A DNA stretch of 63,772 bases, counting the filler, from Chiloscyllium plagiosum (lineage: Eukaryota): the NCBI RefSeq assembly GCF_004010195.1. It is 4 parts of one record of this genome, joined end to end, with 100 filler letters (N's around TTAATTAATTAA, not from the genome) between each part and the next. Parts side by side here need not be neighbours in the genome. Positions count along the whole stretch, not along the records: positions 1 to 23,827 come from NC_057710.1; 3 more parts are not named here. The stretch is one strand, 5' to 3'. The notes below the pieces were generated by a model, which searched no databases, was not told the origin of the DNA, and saw nothing but the letters and a program-made list of their open reading frames with translations. The position numbers were made by a program, and so were the translations under genes. Numbering within the stretch: position 1 is the first letter of the stretch; every line of letters starts with the position of its first letter. Shown here piece after piece: positions 10,790 through 23,827 of this stretch.

Positions 10790-13700
10790 GGAGATGTGGT
10801 TCACCTTTTCTAAGACTGGGAGCTCAATATTAAGGGGTCATAGATATTTGACATTCCAGAAAAATAGACAGAAAGGAAGATGAAGTGTGATAGCTTTATT
10901 ATTGAATGATGGTATCAGTCAAATAGTGAGTCATAATGGATGTGTTATGGATCGTGGCATGGAATCAATTTTGATAGTAATAAGAAATAGCAATAGAAAG
11001 AAATCATGGGTGGTCTATAGGCTCCAGAAGATTTGCCTCACTGTAGGATATAGCTTAATTCAGGAAATAATGAAGGCATTTTGGAAAGTTATGGCCATTG
11101 TCATAGGTGATTATAATCTGAATATTGACGAGATATATCAGATGGGCAAAGCTAACATGGAAAAATGAATTTGAGAGTTCATCAGAGATTGTTTCTTAGA
11201 GCAGAACTACCCAGGAACAGTCTATTTTAAATCTAGCAACATGCAATCAGGTACAATTAATAATCCTCTAGTTAAGAATGATCAGATCGCGACAGATTTT
11301 CACATTTTGTTTGAGGGTTAGAAATTTGGTCTGGATCTAATATCTTAAATTTAAATAAAGACAATTACAAGGATATGATTACAAAGCAGACTAAAGTAGA
11401 ATGAAAAAGTAGATAAAGGCCAAATAGTCAAGAAGTATGACAAGTATTTAGGGGGACTATTTCATAACTTGGAACAAACGCACATTGCATAGAGAAAAAG
11501 AGATGCTTAAGAAGGATGTAGCATTCATAGCTAATTAAGGAAATTAAGGATGATATCAAATTGAAAAGTAAGATTTATAATAATGCAAAGATTAGTGGGC
11601 AGCCAGATGGACTAAAAAAAAAGAAAGCAGTAAATGATATCTAAAAAGAGAAAAAAATTGGAGTATGAGGGAAAACTAACAAGAAAAAAATCAGAAAACA
11701 AATTATTTTACAAATTTGTGAAAAGAGGAGAACAAATGAGACACTGAGAATTTAAGAATGAGAAACAAGAAAATGACAGAGACGGCTGGTAAATGGATCA
11801 GAGCAAAGACAGATGAAATTTGATCTTGATAAGTATGTATTTTGGGAGGTCTAAAAGGGGAAGGATATACACAATAAATGGTTGGTCCCGAGGGAGTGCT
11901 AAGGAACAAAGTGACCTTGGTATACAAGTTTGTAGATCTCTGAAGGTATCAGCACAGGTAGACAGGATGGTGAAGAAGAGATAAAGGATGCTTGCTTTCA
12001 TTAGTTAGGATGTAGAATATAGAGACAAAGAAGTCTTGTCATGACTTCATAAAACATTGTTTAAGCCATAGGTAAATGGGATTAGTGTAGGTTGGTGTTT
12101 GTGGTCAGCATAGATATGGTGGGCCATGTTTTTATGATATATAACTCTGTGACTCAGTGACTTTGAGCAAGGGGGACCTCATTAAAACTTACAAAATACT
12201 GAATGGCCTGGATAGAATGGATGTGGAGATATTTCCATATGTGGAGAGACTAGGAGTAGAGGGCACAGTACTTTTGATCGGTCTTCTCATCAGAATGCAC
12301 AGAAAGCAGTCAACAGTAATATGAAATCAAGAGGGAAATGGAAGCGAGGCACTTAAAACAATTGTAATCAGAGAGATATATAATGGGAAACCTAATAAGA
12401 GCAAAGGCTGCTAAGTCCCAGACCTTATGAACTGATCCTAAGATTGTAGTGAAGGGCTATAAAACCACTAGATGCAGACTATTCGCTGCACTGCGTCTTC
12501 TCAACCATGGCTGATCTGTTTCTCAACCCTAATCTCATGCCTGCTTCCCCATTATTCTTTACTCCCTTACTAATCAAAAACCTATCTATCTCTGTCTTAA
12601 ATATACTCAATGACTTGGCCTCCACAGATTAATCATCCTCTGGCTGAAGAAATGCCTCTTCATCTCAGTTCACAGGGTTATCCCATCACTCTGAGGCTGT
12701 ACCCTCTAATCCTAGAATCTCCACATGTGGAAATATCTCCACATCCGTTCTATCCAGGCCACTCAGTATTTTGTAAGTTTTAATGAGATCCCCCTTCATC
12801 CTTCTAAATTCCATTGAATACAGTCCCAGAGTCTGCAATTGTGTCTCTTATGACAAGTCCTTCATCCCCAGATCATTCTTCAAAACCTCCTCTGGATCCC
12901 CTCTGATACCACCACATCCTTTCCTAGATAAGGGGTCAAAAGCTACTCATAATTTTCCAAATATGGTCTGATCAGAGCCTTATAAATCCTCAGCAGTACA
13001 TCAGAGATAATGCTTACATTGGAAATAATTTTACAAAATCCCTTAGATTCTGAACAGATCCCAGTGGCTTTGGAAATCTCAAATGTAACATCACTAACCT
13101 TGAAAGGAGGGAGACAGAAAGCATGAAACTATTGGCCAGTTGGTCAAACATTCAGCATTGGGAAAATGCTAGAATCCATTAGCAAGAAGGTATGATGTTT
13201 AGAAAATGATAATACAATTAGCAAAATCAACATGATCTTCTTAATGAAAATTCCTGTTTGGCAAATTTATTAGAGCTCTTTGATGATGGAATAAGCTAGG
13301 CAGACAAAGGAAAGTCAGTAACTGTGGTCCATTTGTATTTTCCAATAGCCCTAAATAAGATGCCATTCAAAAAGTTACTGCACAAGGTCTTGGAGGTGAT
13401 AAAGCTCATTGTATCAGCAACAGTAGCAAAGAAGAATATTGTATGAGGGGAAAGAGTTTGCAGAATGTTTCAGTACAGACGAATATAGGTGTTCTTGAAT
13501 CACAAAATGTTAGTAGGCAGACATTTGAGCAGGATATGGAATGGTAAACCTTTATTGCAAGGATAGATTGTTAAAAAAAAAGGTAAGCCTTGACATGGCA
13601 TGGGTAAGATTGCACCCAGAGTACTGTATAGAGTTTGGTTTCCTGATTGAAAGGAGCATTGGAAATACTTCAGATAAGTTACACTAGGCTGATCCTCAGG

Positions 13701-14130
13701 ATATAGAGGTTGATTTATGAGGAGCATTGACCAGATTGTGCCTATACTCATTGGAAGGGTGAGGGGTGAGGGGCGATCTTAATGAAACATATTAGATTTT
13801 GAAGAGACTTCACAGAGTAGATGCAGAATGATATTTCCTTTCATTGAGGAATCTAGAAATGTGGACACAGTTTAAAAATAAGGGATCTTCATTTATGACA
13901 AAGATGAAGACGAATTTCTTCTATCAGACAGCTGTTAGCTTTCGGGATTCTCTACCACAAAAGGTGGAAGCTGGATCATTAAAGATATTCAAGGCTGAAT
14001 TACACAGTAATTTGATTAATAAGGGATTGAAGTTTTAAGAGATCCAGGCAAGAAAATGGAATTAAGACTTCAAGTAGATTATCGAAAGTCTTCTGGAATT
14101 GCTGATCAGGCTCAGCATATGACCTGCTCT
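10790..14130 (+). mobile_element. Cluster of old decayed CR1 fragments (EN to 3' end), including an inverted CR1 piece at about 12500-13000
   Basis: Decayed GDYN endonuclease motif, RT-region fragments and CR1 3' UTR-like ends, with many stops. Confidence 0.7.
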
Positions 14131-15416
14131 TGTTTGTTTTATGATATTATTTTTTTTTATATGATATTTTAATAACGCTGGATCCTTTATTTTCTGCAAA
14201 TAATTAGATTCTCATTGTCATCTGCTATGATAATAGAAAAATGCACAGAAATGTAGAAGGGATATAAATGCTGCTACATTTGTATTTCTCCATCCTATTT
14301 CATACCACTTAGAGTCACAGACTTCTTGAACTTTGTGTTCAAACAATGTATTCATATTAAACCTATAGTTTGCAAATTATAAATAATTGCATTTCAAAAT
14401 AATTCATACAGTGATAGAGTTTTATGTTGCAAGAAGCCATTGTTCCATCGTGCTCCTGTTCACTTCAAAAGAAGGATCTATACAGGTCTGTTCTGCTGCT
14501 CTTCTCCATACCTTTTAGCTTTTTATCAAACATTTATCCACTTTCCAAAAGTACTTACAGATTCAGCTTCTACTGTTGTATATGGAAAGGTGGCCGATGT
14601 ACTAGCAGCTTACAGTTTTAACAAAATTCCATTCAATCCCCTATTTTTCTTCATTTTGTTATTGTAAATTATACCCTGCAATTACGAACTCAGTGACAAA
14701 TGCAAAAATATTTTTTGATCAAACTTCATTTAAAACACCTCATAATTTTAATCATCTGAATCAAATCTCCTCTTTCCTATGTTTGTTCTGCTGAAGAAAC
14801 TCCCAGAGGCTAATTATTGCTGCGTATTGATAAATGCAATAAGGAATTGTATAAATGCAAGCTCCTTTTTAAAATTTTAACTGTACATACATAGGAAAGT
14901 AGGCCATTCATCTTTTCTGACAATCAACTAAGTCATATCTAATCTGTAGCTTCACTTCATTTGCATATCTTTGACCCCTTTACAGCCTTAAGGTAAACAA
15001 GTTGCAATCATAATAGTTTAAATCAGAGATTATGACAGACAACATGAGGAGAAAGTTTGGCTTGACTGGAAATCAATTGAATTTTCATACAAGTTTAAAG
15101 TGGGACAAACAAAACATTTGTGTATATATATGAAATAATCGTGCTGTAAAATGTGTGAACTGAATAAGAATTATATCATCTTTCAGATCTCAATATTTGG
15201 TCATCAGTCATCATGTCTTAAGTTTCTTCCCTACACTTAGACACCTCTTTCATCCTTTAATACATTTTTTTTAATTTAAATCTTTGACCAAACTTTCAGT
15301 CTTCTGATATAAAATCTTCATTCCATGGCACATTGTCCTGTTTTATATTGATCTTGTGACATCTTTTGGAATGGCTTATCATAATAAATCTGCTCTAAAG
15401 TTATACATTGTTGTCT

Positions 15417-15711
15417 GGATTAGGTTCCCTACATATGGAAACAGGCTCTTTGGCCCAATAAATCCACACCAATGCTCCAAACAGTAACCCACCCATACCC
15501 TACATTTAACCCTAAGTAATGCACTTAACAATATGCACAATTTAGCACAGCCAATTCACCTGACCTGCACATCTTTGGATTGTGGGAGGAAACCGATGCA
15601 GTCAAGGGAGAATGTGTAATCTCCACACAGACATTCATCCAAGGCAGGAATCAAACACAGGGCCCTGGCGCTGTGAGGCAGCAGTGTTAACCACTGAACC
15701 ACCATGCCACC
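15417..15711 (-). mobile_element. HE1-type V-SINE
   Basis: Minus-strand tRNA-like head GGTGGCATGGTGGTTCAGTGGTTAACACTGCTGCC, V-domain and CR1-like tail. Confidence 0.88.
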
Positions 15712-16503
15712 ATTGCTGTTGCTCAACATCTAAGCTTACTGGCTTTGCAAAGGCCTTGAATTTGCCCTGGCATTTAATGTGCAAGCCGTGATATATAAGA
15801 TACGAACCAGTTAAAAGTGAATGGGATGTACATGCTAGAAGATTATGGTGTTGAGGGTAACATATTAGCATGGACAAAGGATTGATTAGCTGACAGGAAA
15901 CAGACAGTCTGGATGAATATGTCATTTTCAGGTTGACAAACTATAATTAGTGGAGTACCACATGAATCAATGGTGGAACCTCAAATATTTGTGAAATGAA
16001 TAATGTGGATGTAGGAACGAATATATGGGAGCTAGGTTTACTGATGACAAAATGATTAATAGAAAAGCAAGTGGTGAGGTGAATACAAATAATTCACAAA
16101 GGGACATCTTTTGGGTTTCAAATATGACAAATTAAACTTTCAATCTCATCACCAGGTCAGTAATCTGGTGGAGTGAACTGGCAGTTGTTGAACTCAGAAT
16201 TTTTAGTACCATGGGTTTCACCATGAACAGGCTCATAGCAGCACTTGCCAGAATATTGTCCAAGTGAAGATTAAAAATGACATGTTGGCACATTGGGTGT
16301 TAATTACACCAGTATAATATCTAACTACCAATAAACACAGCCATCCTACCTGACGATGTAGTATCAGGTTTCAGATATGACTATAAAAGATAATCAGTGC
16401 TTTAAATATGCTGCAGATAGTAGGAAACCCAGATTATCTTGGCACCGGCAAGCACTTCCATCACTGGGAAATGCAAGATAGTGCAGGAACAATGCCACCG
16501 ATG

Positions 16504-16728
16504 AGGGTGGTTCCCCCTGTACCCACAGGGGATACATTCCAGGACCTACTGCAGAAGCCCAAAACCATGGATAGGAGTGAACCCATTCAATTAAATGGGG
16601 AACATACCTTCCCGGCAGCCTCCTGGTCCCTGGTTCCGGAACGTTCCCAATATATGTTCCGGTCACAGTAAACCACAGGTAACTGAAACCACAGGAAACG
16701 ATTCCGTGGATATGGGGGTCGCCCAGTA
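16504..16728. mobile_element. Tigger/pogo-type MITE resembling MER44/Tigger7
   Basis: Left end ...CCCCCTGTACCCACAGGGGATACATTCCAGGACC and right end GGTAACTGAAACCACAGGAAACGATTCCGTGGATATGGGGGTCGCCCAG|TA form imperfect TIRs. Both subterminal motifs match my recall of MER44/Tigger7 termini. Confidence 0.6.
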
Positions 16729-17210
16729 CAGTGCATACTAACAAGGTAAGGACAATGAAATTGCATGAGAAAATTGGCTCAACCTCATGGAGCGAAACCC
16801 TTCATGAAATTGCACGAGAAAATTCTGCCTATTTAACTAAAATAAGAGAAATAGAAGAGGTAGAGAAAAATAAATTATTCCATCCCAGTCAAAATTAACT
16901 ATTAGAGTGATAGCTGTGAAAATAAAGCAAGTATATTATATAAGATGAGTCTTATTAGAAATCAAATCACCAATATTTCTTCATATTACAGCAGTAGTTA
17001 CACTTTAAAAGTACTTCATGAAATGTAAAATGGTTTGAAACATCAGTTGTGTGAGGTATTATAGAAACATGACCTCTTTCTTTTCCTGGGAACAATTAGA
17101 TAATAAGACATTTGTCTGAAGAGGCAAAACTTGATTTTCACAATGGAGCTGCTACCCTATGACATATGCAATTCCTATTCTGTGGTCTCGTTCAGTCAAT
17201 TTCACCAAAG

Positions 17211-17605
17211 TCATGTATAGCACGGAAACAGACCCTTCGGTCCAACTTGTCCATGCCAACCAGATAGGCCAATCTAATCTAGTTCTATTTGCCAGCTCTT
17301 GGCCCATATTCCTCTAAACCCTTCCTATACATATACTCATCCAGATACCTTTTAAATGTTGTAATTGTACTAGCCTCCACCACTTCCTCTCACAGCTCAT
17401 TCCATACATGCACTACCCTCGGCGTGAAAAGCCCTTTTCAACCTTTTGCATTCTTCTTAACCTTATTTGTCAAAACTATCTCATGTCCCCTTTTTGCCCT
17501 CCTGATTTGCCTCTTATGTATACTCCTATAGCCTTTGTACTCTTCGAAGGATTCACTTGATCTACCCTGTCTATACGTAACATATGCTTCCTTCTTTCTC
17601 CCAAC
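17211..17605 (-). mobile_element. Two abutting CR1 fragments (3' end and internal piece)
   Basis: Reverse complement of the HER1-like 3' end followed by an ORF2 linker fragment. Confidence 0.75.
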
Positions 17606-19416
17606 CATAGAGTCATAGAGATGTACAGCACAGAAACAGACCTTTCAGGCAACCCGTCCATGCCAAACAGATATCCCAACCCAATCTAGTTCCACCTGCC
17701 AGCACCCGGCCCATATCTCTCCAAACCCTTCCTATTCATATACCCATCCAAATGCCTCTTAAATGTTGTTATTGTACCAGCCTTCACTACTTCCTCTGGC
17801 AGCTCATTCCATACCTGTACCACCCTCTGCATGAAACAGTTGCCCCTTATGTCTCTTTTATATCATTCCCCTCTTACCCTAAACCTATGCCCTCTAGTTC
17901 TGTACTCCCCAACCCCAGGGAAAAGACTTTGCCTATTTACCCTATCCATACCCCTCATAATTTTGTCAACCTCTATAAGGTCACCCCTCAGCCTCTGATG
18001 CTCCAGGCAAAATCGCCCCAGCCTGTTCAGTCTCCCCCTCTAAGGTCAAATCCTCCAAAACTGGCAACATCTTTTCTGAATCCTTTCAAGTTTCACAACA
18101 CCTTTCCGATAGGAAGAAGACCAGAATTGTGCGCAATATTCCAACAGTAGCCTAACAAATGTCCTGTACAGCATAACATGACCTCCCAACTCCAGTACTC
18201 AATACTCTGACCAATAAAAGAAAGCATACCGAATGCCTTCTTCACTATCCTATCTACCTGCGACTCCACTTTCAAGGAGCTATGAACCTGCATTCCAAGG
18301 TCTCTTTGTTTGAAAACACTCCCTAGGGCCTTACCATTAAGTGTATAAGTCCCGCCAAGATTTGCTTTCCCAAAATACAGCACCTCGCATTTATCTAAAT
18401 TAAATTCCATCTGCCATTCTCAGCCCATTGGCCTATCCCGATCAAGATCCTGTTGTAATCTGAGATAGCCCTCTTCGCTGTCCACTACACTTCCAATTTT
18501 GGTGTCACCTGCAAACTTACTAACTATACCTCTTATACTCACATCCAAATCATTTATGTAAATGACAAAAAGTAGAGGACCCAGCGCTAAATTTGTGGCA
18601 CTCCACTGGTCACAGGCCTCCAGTCTGAAAAACAACCCTCCACTACCACCCTCTGTCTCCTACCTTTGAGCCAGGTCTGTATCCAAATAGCTAGTTCTCC
18701 CTGTATTCCATGAGATCTAACCTTGTTAATCAGTCTCCCTTGGGGAACCTTGTAGAACACCTTACTGAAGTCCATATAGATCACATCTCCTGCTCTGCCC
18801 TCATCAATTCTCTTTGTTACTTCTTCAACAAACTCAATAAAGCCTATATTTCTCTAGTCATCCAGCACTCCCTATACCTACAAGCCTTTCCTTTCACAGG
18901 AATATGCTGTTTCTGGACTCTCGTTATCGCATTTCTGAAGGCTTCTCATTTTCCAGCCGTCCCCTTACCTGCGAACATCTGCACCCAATCAGCTTTTGAT
19001 AGTTCTTGCCTAATACCGTCTAAATTAGCCTTCCACCAATTTAGAACTTCAACTGTTAGATATGGTCTATCCTTTTCCATCACTATGTTAAAACTATTAG
19101 AATTATGGTCGCTGACCCCACAGTGCTCCTCCACTGATAGCTCAGTCACCTGCCCTGCTTAATTTCCCAAGAGTAGGTCAAGTTTTGTACCTTCTCTTGT
19201 AGGTACATCCACATACTGAAACAGAAAATTTTCTTGTACACACTTAACAAATTCCTCTCTATCTAAACCCATAAAACTATGGCAGTTCCAGCCTATGCTT
19301 GTTAAGTTGAAATCCCCTATCATAACCACCCTATTATTCTTAAAGTTGACTGAAATCTCTTGACAAATTTGTTTCTCAATTTCCTGCTGGCTATTAGGGA
19401 GCTTTTAATACAATTT

Positions 19417-19750
19417 GGAGTGGCACAATGGCTCAGTGGTTAGCACAGTTGTCTCACAGTACCAGGGATCCAGGTTTTATTCCTGCCTTGGGTAACTGTG
19501 TGGAGTGTGCATGCTCTCCCCATGTCTGTGTGGGTTTCCCCTGGGTGCTCTGTTTTCCTCCCACAATCCAAAGATGTGCAGGTTTGGTGAATTGGCTATG
19601 CTAAATTGCCCATAGAGTTTAGGGATGTGTATGTTAGGTGTATTAGTCTGGGGTAAATGTAGGGGAATGGGTCTGTGTGGGTTACTCTTTGGCAGGTCAG
19701 TTTGGACTTGTTGAGCTGGAGAACCTGTTTCCACACTGTAGGGATTCTAT
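19417..19750 (+). mobile_element. HE1-type V-SINE nested in CR1
   Basis: tRNA-like head TGGCTCAGTGGTTAGCAC, V-domain and tail CCACACTGTAGGGATTCTAT. Confidence 0.88.
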
Positions 19751-19847
19751 GTCTATATCCCAATAAGGTGATCATCCCTTTCTTATTTCTCACTTCCACC
19801 CAAATAACTTCCCTAGATGTTTTTTTCCGGGAATAAGCCCCCTCAAT

Positions 19848-20265
19848 ACAAAATTAAAAACCTCACAACACCAGGTTATAGTCCAACAGGTTTAATTGGA
19901 AGCACTAGCTTCAGGTTTAATTGGAAGCACACTAGCTTTCAGAGCGCCGCTCCTTCACCAGGTGGTTGTGGAGGACACAATTGCAAGGCACAGAATTTGT
20001 AGCAAAAATTTATAGTGTGACGTAACTGAAATTATACATTGAAAAATACCTTGATTATCTTGATTTTTCAATGTATAATTTCAGTTACATCACACTGTAA
20101 ATTTTTGCTATAAATTCTGTACCTTACAATTGTGCCTCCACAACCACCTGGTGAAGGAGCGGCGCTCCGAAAGCTAGTGCTTCCAATTAGACCTGTTGGA
20201 TTATAACCTGGTGTTGTGTGATTTTAACTTTGTACACCCCAGACCAACACCGGCATATCCAAATC
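19848..20265. mobile_element. Palindromic Penelope-like insertion (two inverted PLTR arms of about 190 bp), each with a hammerhead-like core
   Basis: 19848-20047 is the reverse complement of about 20063-20236. The plus arm reads cacCTGGTGAaggagcggcgctccGAAAgctagtg (20145-20179). CR1 sequence CCCTCA(A/G)TACA is repeated at both edges. Confidence 0.8.
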
Positions 20266-22619
20266 TCCCTCAGTACAACTGTACTACTATTTCTTATCAA
20301 AAACGTCACTCCCCTCTCCTCTCTTGCCTCACTTTCTGTCCTTCCTGTAGTGTTTGTATCCTGGAACATTAAGCTGCCAGTCCAGTCCATTCCTGAGCCA
20401 CATTTCTGTAATTGCTATGATATCCCAGTCCCATGTTCCTAACGATGCCCTGAGTTCATATGCCTTTCCTGTTAGCCTCTTGCATTGAAATAAATGCAGT
20501 TTAATTTATCAGTCCTACCTTGTTCTCTGCTTTGTTCCTGTCTGTCCTGACTGTTTGATTCACTTCTTTTCCCAACTATACCAGTCACAGATTGATCTCT
20601 TTGCTCAGTATCTCCCTGGACCCCACCATGACCCTTATAAGTTTAAATTCTCCTGAGCAGCTCTTGCAAATCTCCCTGCCAGTATATTAGTCCCCTTCCA
20701 ATTCAGGTGCAATCCATCCTTCTTGTACAGGTCACTTCTACCCCAGAAGAGATTCCAATAATCCAAAAATGTGAATCCTTCTCCCATACACTCGCTCCTC
20801 AGCCATGCATTCATCTGCTCTATCCTCCTATTCCTGCCCTCAGTAGCTCATAGGACTGGGAGTAATCCAGATTTTACAACGTTCGAGAACCTCCTTTTTA
20901 AATTCCTGCCTAATTCCCTAAATTCTCCCTTCAGAATTTCATCCTTTTTTCCTTCCTATATCGTTGATACCAATGTGTACAATGACCTCCTGCTAGTCCA
21001 TCTCCCCCTTGAGAACATTCTGCACCCTCTCTGAGATATCCTTGACCCTGGCACCAGGGAAGCAACACACCATTCTGATTTTTCGCTGCTGGTCACAGAA
21101 ACATCTGCCTGTGCCCCTGACTAGAGAGTCCCCTAACACAATCAATCGCTTGGAACCCAACATGCCCTTCATTACATTAGAGCCATCTTAATACCAAAAA
21201 ATTGGCTGTTCGTGCAACATTCCCCTAACAGTCCTTCACCCCCTACATTTTCCAAAACAGCATACTTGTTTGAAATGGAGATAGCCACAGAAGACCCCTG
21301 TACTACCCGCCTACCTCTCCTCCCTTTCTTGGAGTTAACCCATCTATGTGACTGTATCTGCAGCTTTTCTCCCTTCCTGTATCTGCCATCCATCACACCC
21401 CTTGCTCTTGTAAATTCCTCATTGCCTCTAACTGTCGCTCCAACCGATTCATTCAATCTGACAGGATTCGCAACCAACAAGGTTTATTGCAGATATAATC
21501 CTCAGTAACCCTTAAACTCTCCCAAAATTCCCACATCTGACACAAAGAGCATATCATTCTACAAAAGGCCATTTTGCTCCTTCCAATCTACAGAACTAGA
21601 AAATAGCAACATCTTATTGTTCGACAAAACACTGCTCCAGGCTAACTTAACACTAATGGCTTATATTTTTAAACTTTAATCAAGAGACAGATCCCAATAA
21701 AAGCATATAATCAAGAAAGAACCCACTCTACTCACTAATGTAGATTGACAGCAAGGCTATACATAAAACTACTTACTTCTTTGTTTCTACGTTGTGACCT
21801 TTCCCAACAGGTTCCTGCAAGAGTCATCTGTGAATGGTTCAATGCAACATTGGCATAGGAACAGGAATACAAAGCTGTTCATGTAATGTACTGAAAAAGG
21901 ACCAAAACACCTTGAAGACAAACACTAAGGATAAAGAAAAATTTAAGGGATCTAAGTGGAGAATAAGAAATGAAATTAGGCAGCTTCAAAATGAAAAGTT
22001 AGACTTTAATGTCAGGGAAAAAGGAAGTAGAAACACTAAAAATGGCCAATAAAAAAAGTTAAAAACTCATTAAACTAAAAACCAAGAGGGAGGATTTGTT
22101 GAATTCAGGTAACCAAATTAAAATGTATTTAATTAAAATTATTGAAATGATATTATTGTATCAAGTATAAGAAATGCAATGAACAAACTGGAATGATCAA
22201 TTAATGTATGACCAAAGCATGGTGTAAACATCAGTAACTGAAAAATGATTCCATCAAGGTCAACATTGATAATTAAATATGTGGAACTTTGAAATGAGAA
22301 AGGGAAGGGATAGGAGAGAATATAATTGCATTAAATTTTACTGGAAATTGATACAATGTCAACTTTGGCGCAGAAGATTTCTCTCAATGGTGAGGCTAAG
22401 TGATATTTCTTGCGCAATCTTCTCAACTTGCCTCATTAACTTCAGGCCCCTATGGTGCCCCTTTGACTGTTCCTCTTGCTGCAGGTGAAAACATTTGCCA
22501 ATGCTGGGACCTCCTGGGAATGCCAGCACTGTCACTATATTTAAAATGTAAATGTGCACCAGATCAGTTCAGAGTAACCCAGGCACAATTCATAGTAATT
22601 GTCAGAGGCACGTTGGACA

Positions 22620-22845
22620 AAGAGAAATTGGCACCCCACTTTGCCAATAAGATTCTAATGGTTCTGGTGGACAGGGTGAGTAGAGGAGAGCAGTCCGTAA
22701 CCCTCAGCACTGGTAGAGAAGGTTATGTTGCTCGATGCTGCAAAGCTGTTCCAAGGTTATTACTCAGGTCAATGTGGTATCCACAGTACAAAGGAATGCT
22801 CAACTTTGTAGGAAGAAAGTCAATTACTTTCTCCACTCAGTGAGA
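22620..22845 (+). pseudogene. Decayed Myb/SANT-like exon of the type carried by PIF/Harbinger transposons
   Basis: Two frames give KLAPHFANKILMVLVDRV... and ...KVITQVNVVSTVQRNAQLCRKKVNYF, fitting the NAIF1/TSNARE1-like pattern (F....L..L...V, VN.VS...R...Q.RKK...L). GTGAG/GTAAG donor-like sites follow. Confidence 0.5.
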
Positions 22846-23244
22846 GTAAGCACCACCATCTTCTATCTGCTACCTAACACTCGGTCTATCTCTGCTACTC
22901 CACACACCTCCCAAGGCTCATGCTCGACCACTCTCAGTATTCTTCCCTTACACACTCTCAACCACTTGATACCCCAACAATACCCATTCTGCATACCCTC
23001 AACTGTTCTGATGAAGAATCAATACAGCCAAAATGTTTACTCTGTTTTCTCTCCACAAATGCTGCCAGAACTGCTGAGTTTATAGAGTCGTATCGATGTA
23101 CAGCATGGAAACAGACCCTTTGGTCCAACTTGTCCATGCCGGCCAGATATCCTAAACTAATCTAGTCCCATATACCCATCAGATGTTTTTAAATATTGTA
23201 ATTGCATTGAGTTTCTCTAGCAATTTCTTTGCTTTTGTTCCAGC

Positions 23245-23827
23245 TACAGGATGTACATGGATTTGGAAAGGCAAGGACTGATTCGGGATAGTCAACATGG
23301 CTATGTACGTGGGAAATCATGTCTCACAAACTTGATTGAGTTTTTTAAAGATGTAACAAAGAGAATTGATGAGGGCAGAGCAGTAGATGTGATCTATATG
23401 GACTTCAGTATGGCGTTCGACAAGGTTCCCAATGGGAGACTGGTTAGCAAGGTTAGATCTCATGGAATACAGGGAGAACTAGCCATTTGGATACAGAACT
23501 GGCTCAAAGGTGGAAGACAGAGGGTGGTGGTGAAGGGTTGTTTTTCAGACTGGAGGCCTGTGACCAGTGGAGTGCCACAAGGATCGGTGCTGGGCCCTGT
23601 ACTTTTTGTCATTCACATAAATGATTTGGATGCGAGCATAAGAGGCACAGTTAGTAAGTTTGCAGGTGACACCAAAATTGGAGGTGTAGTGGACAGCGAA
23701 GAGGGTTACCTCAGATTACAACAGGATCTGGACCAGATGGGCCAATGGGCTGAGAAGTGGCAGATGGAGTTTAATTCAGATAAATGCGAGGTGCTGCATT
23801 TTGGGAAAGCAAATCTTAGCAGGACTT
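23245..23827 (+). mobile_element. Young CR1 (HER1-like) RT fragment truncated by an assembly gap
   Basis: Open frame SQHG...SCLTNL...YMDFSMAFDKVP...GVPQGSVLGP...FAGDTK...WQMEFN.DKC. Confidence 0.92.

Larger units (their letters stand above)
17606..21835 (-). mobile_element. Near full-length CR1 (HER1-like) LINE with SGNH/GDSL-esterase ORF1, internal deletion at about 18840 and nested HE1 and Penelope-like insertions
   Basis: Minus-strand ORF1 remnant IVLGDSLVRGT...MVCCFPGARVKDISERVQNVLKGE...VIVHIG.NDI (about 20960-21145). Endonuclease remnants (SDHNS), RT (YMDFSK.F.KVP, GVPQ, FAGDTK) and a 3' tail (CTCTATG) at 17606. Confidence 0.88.
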
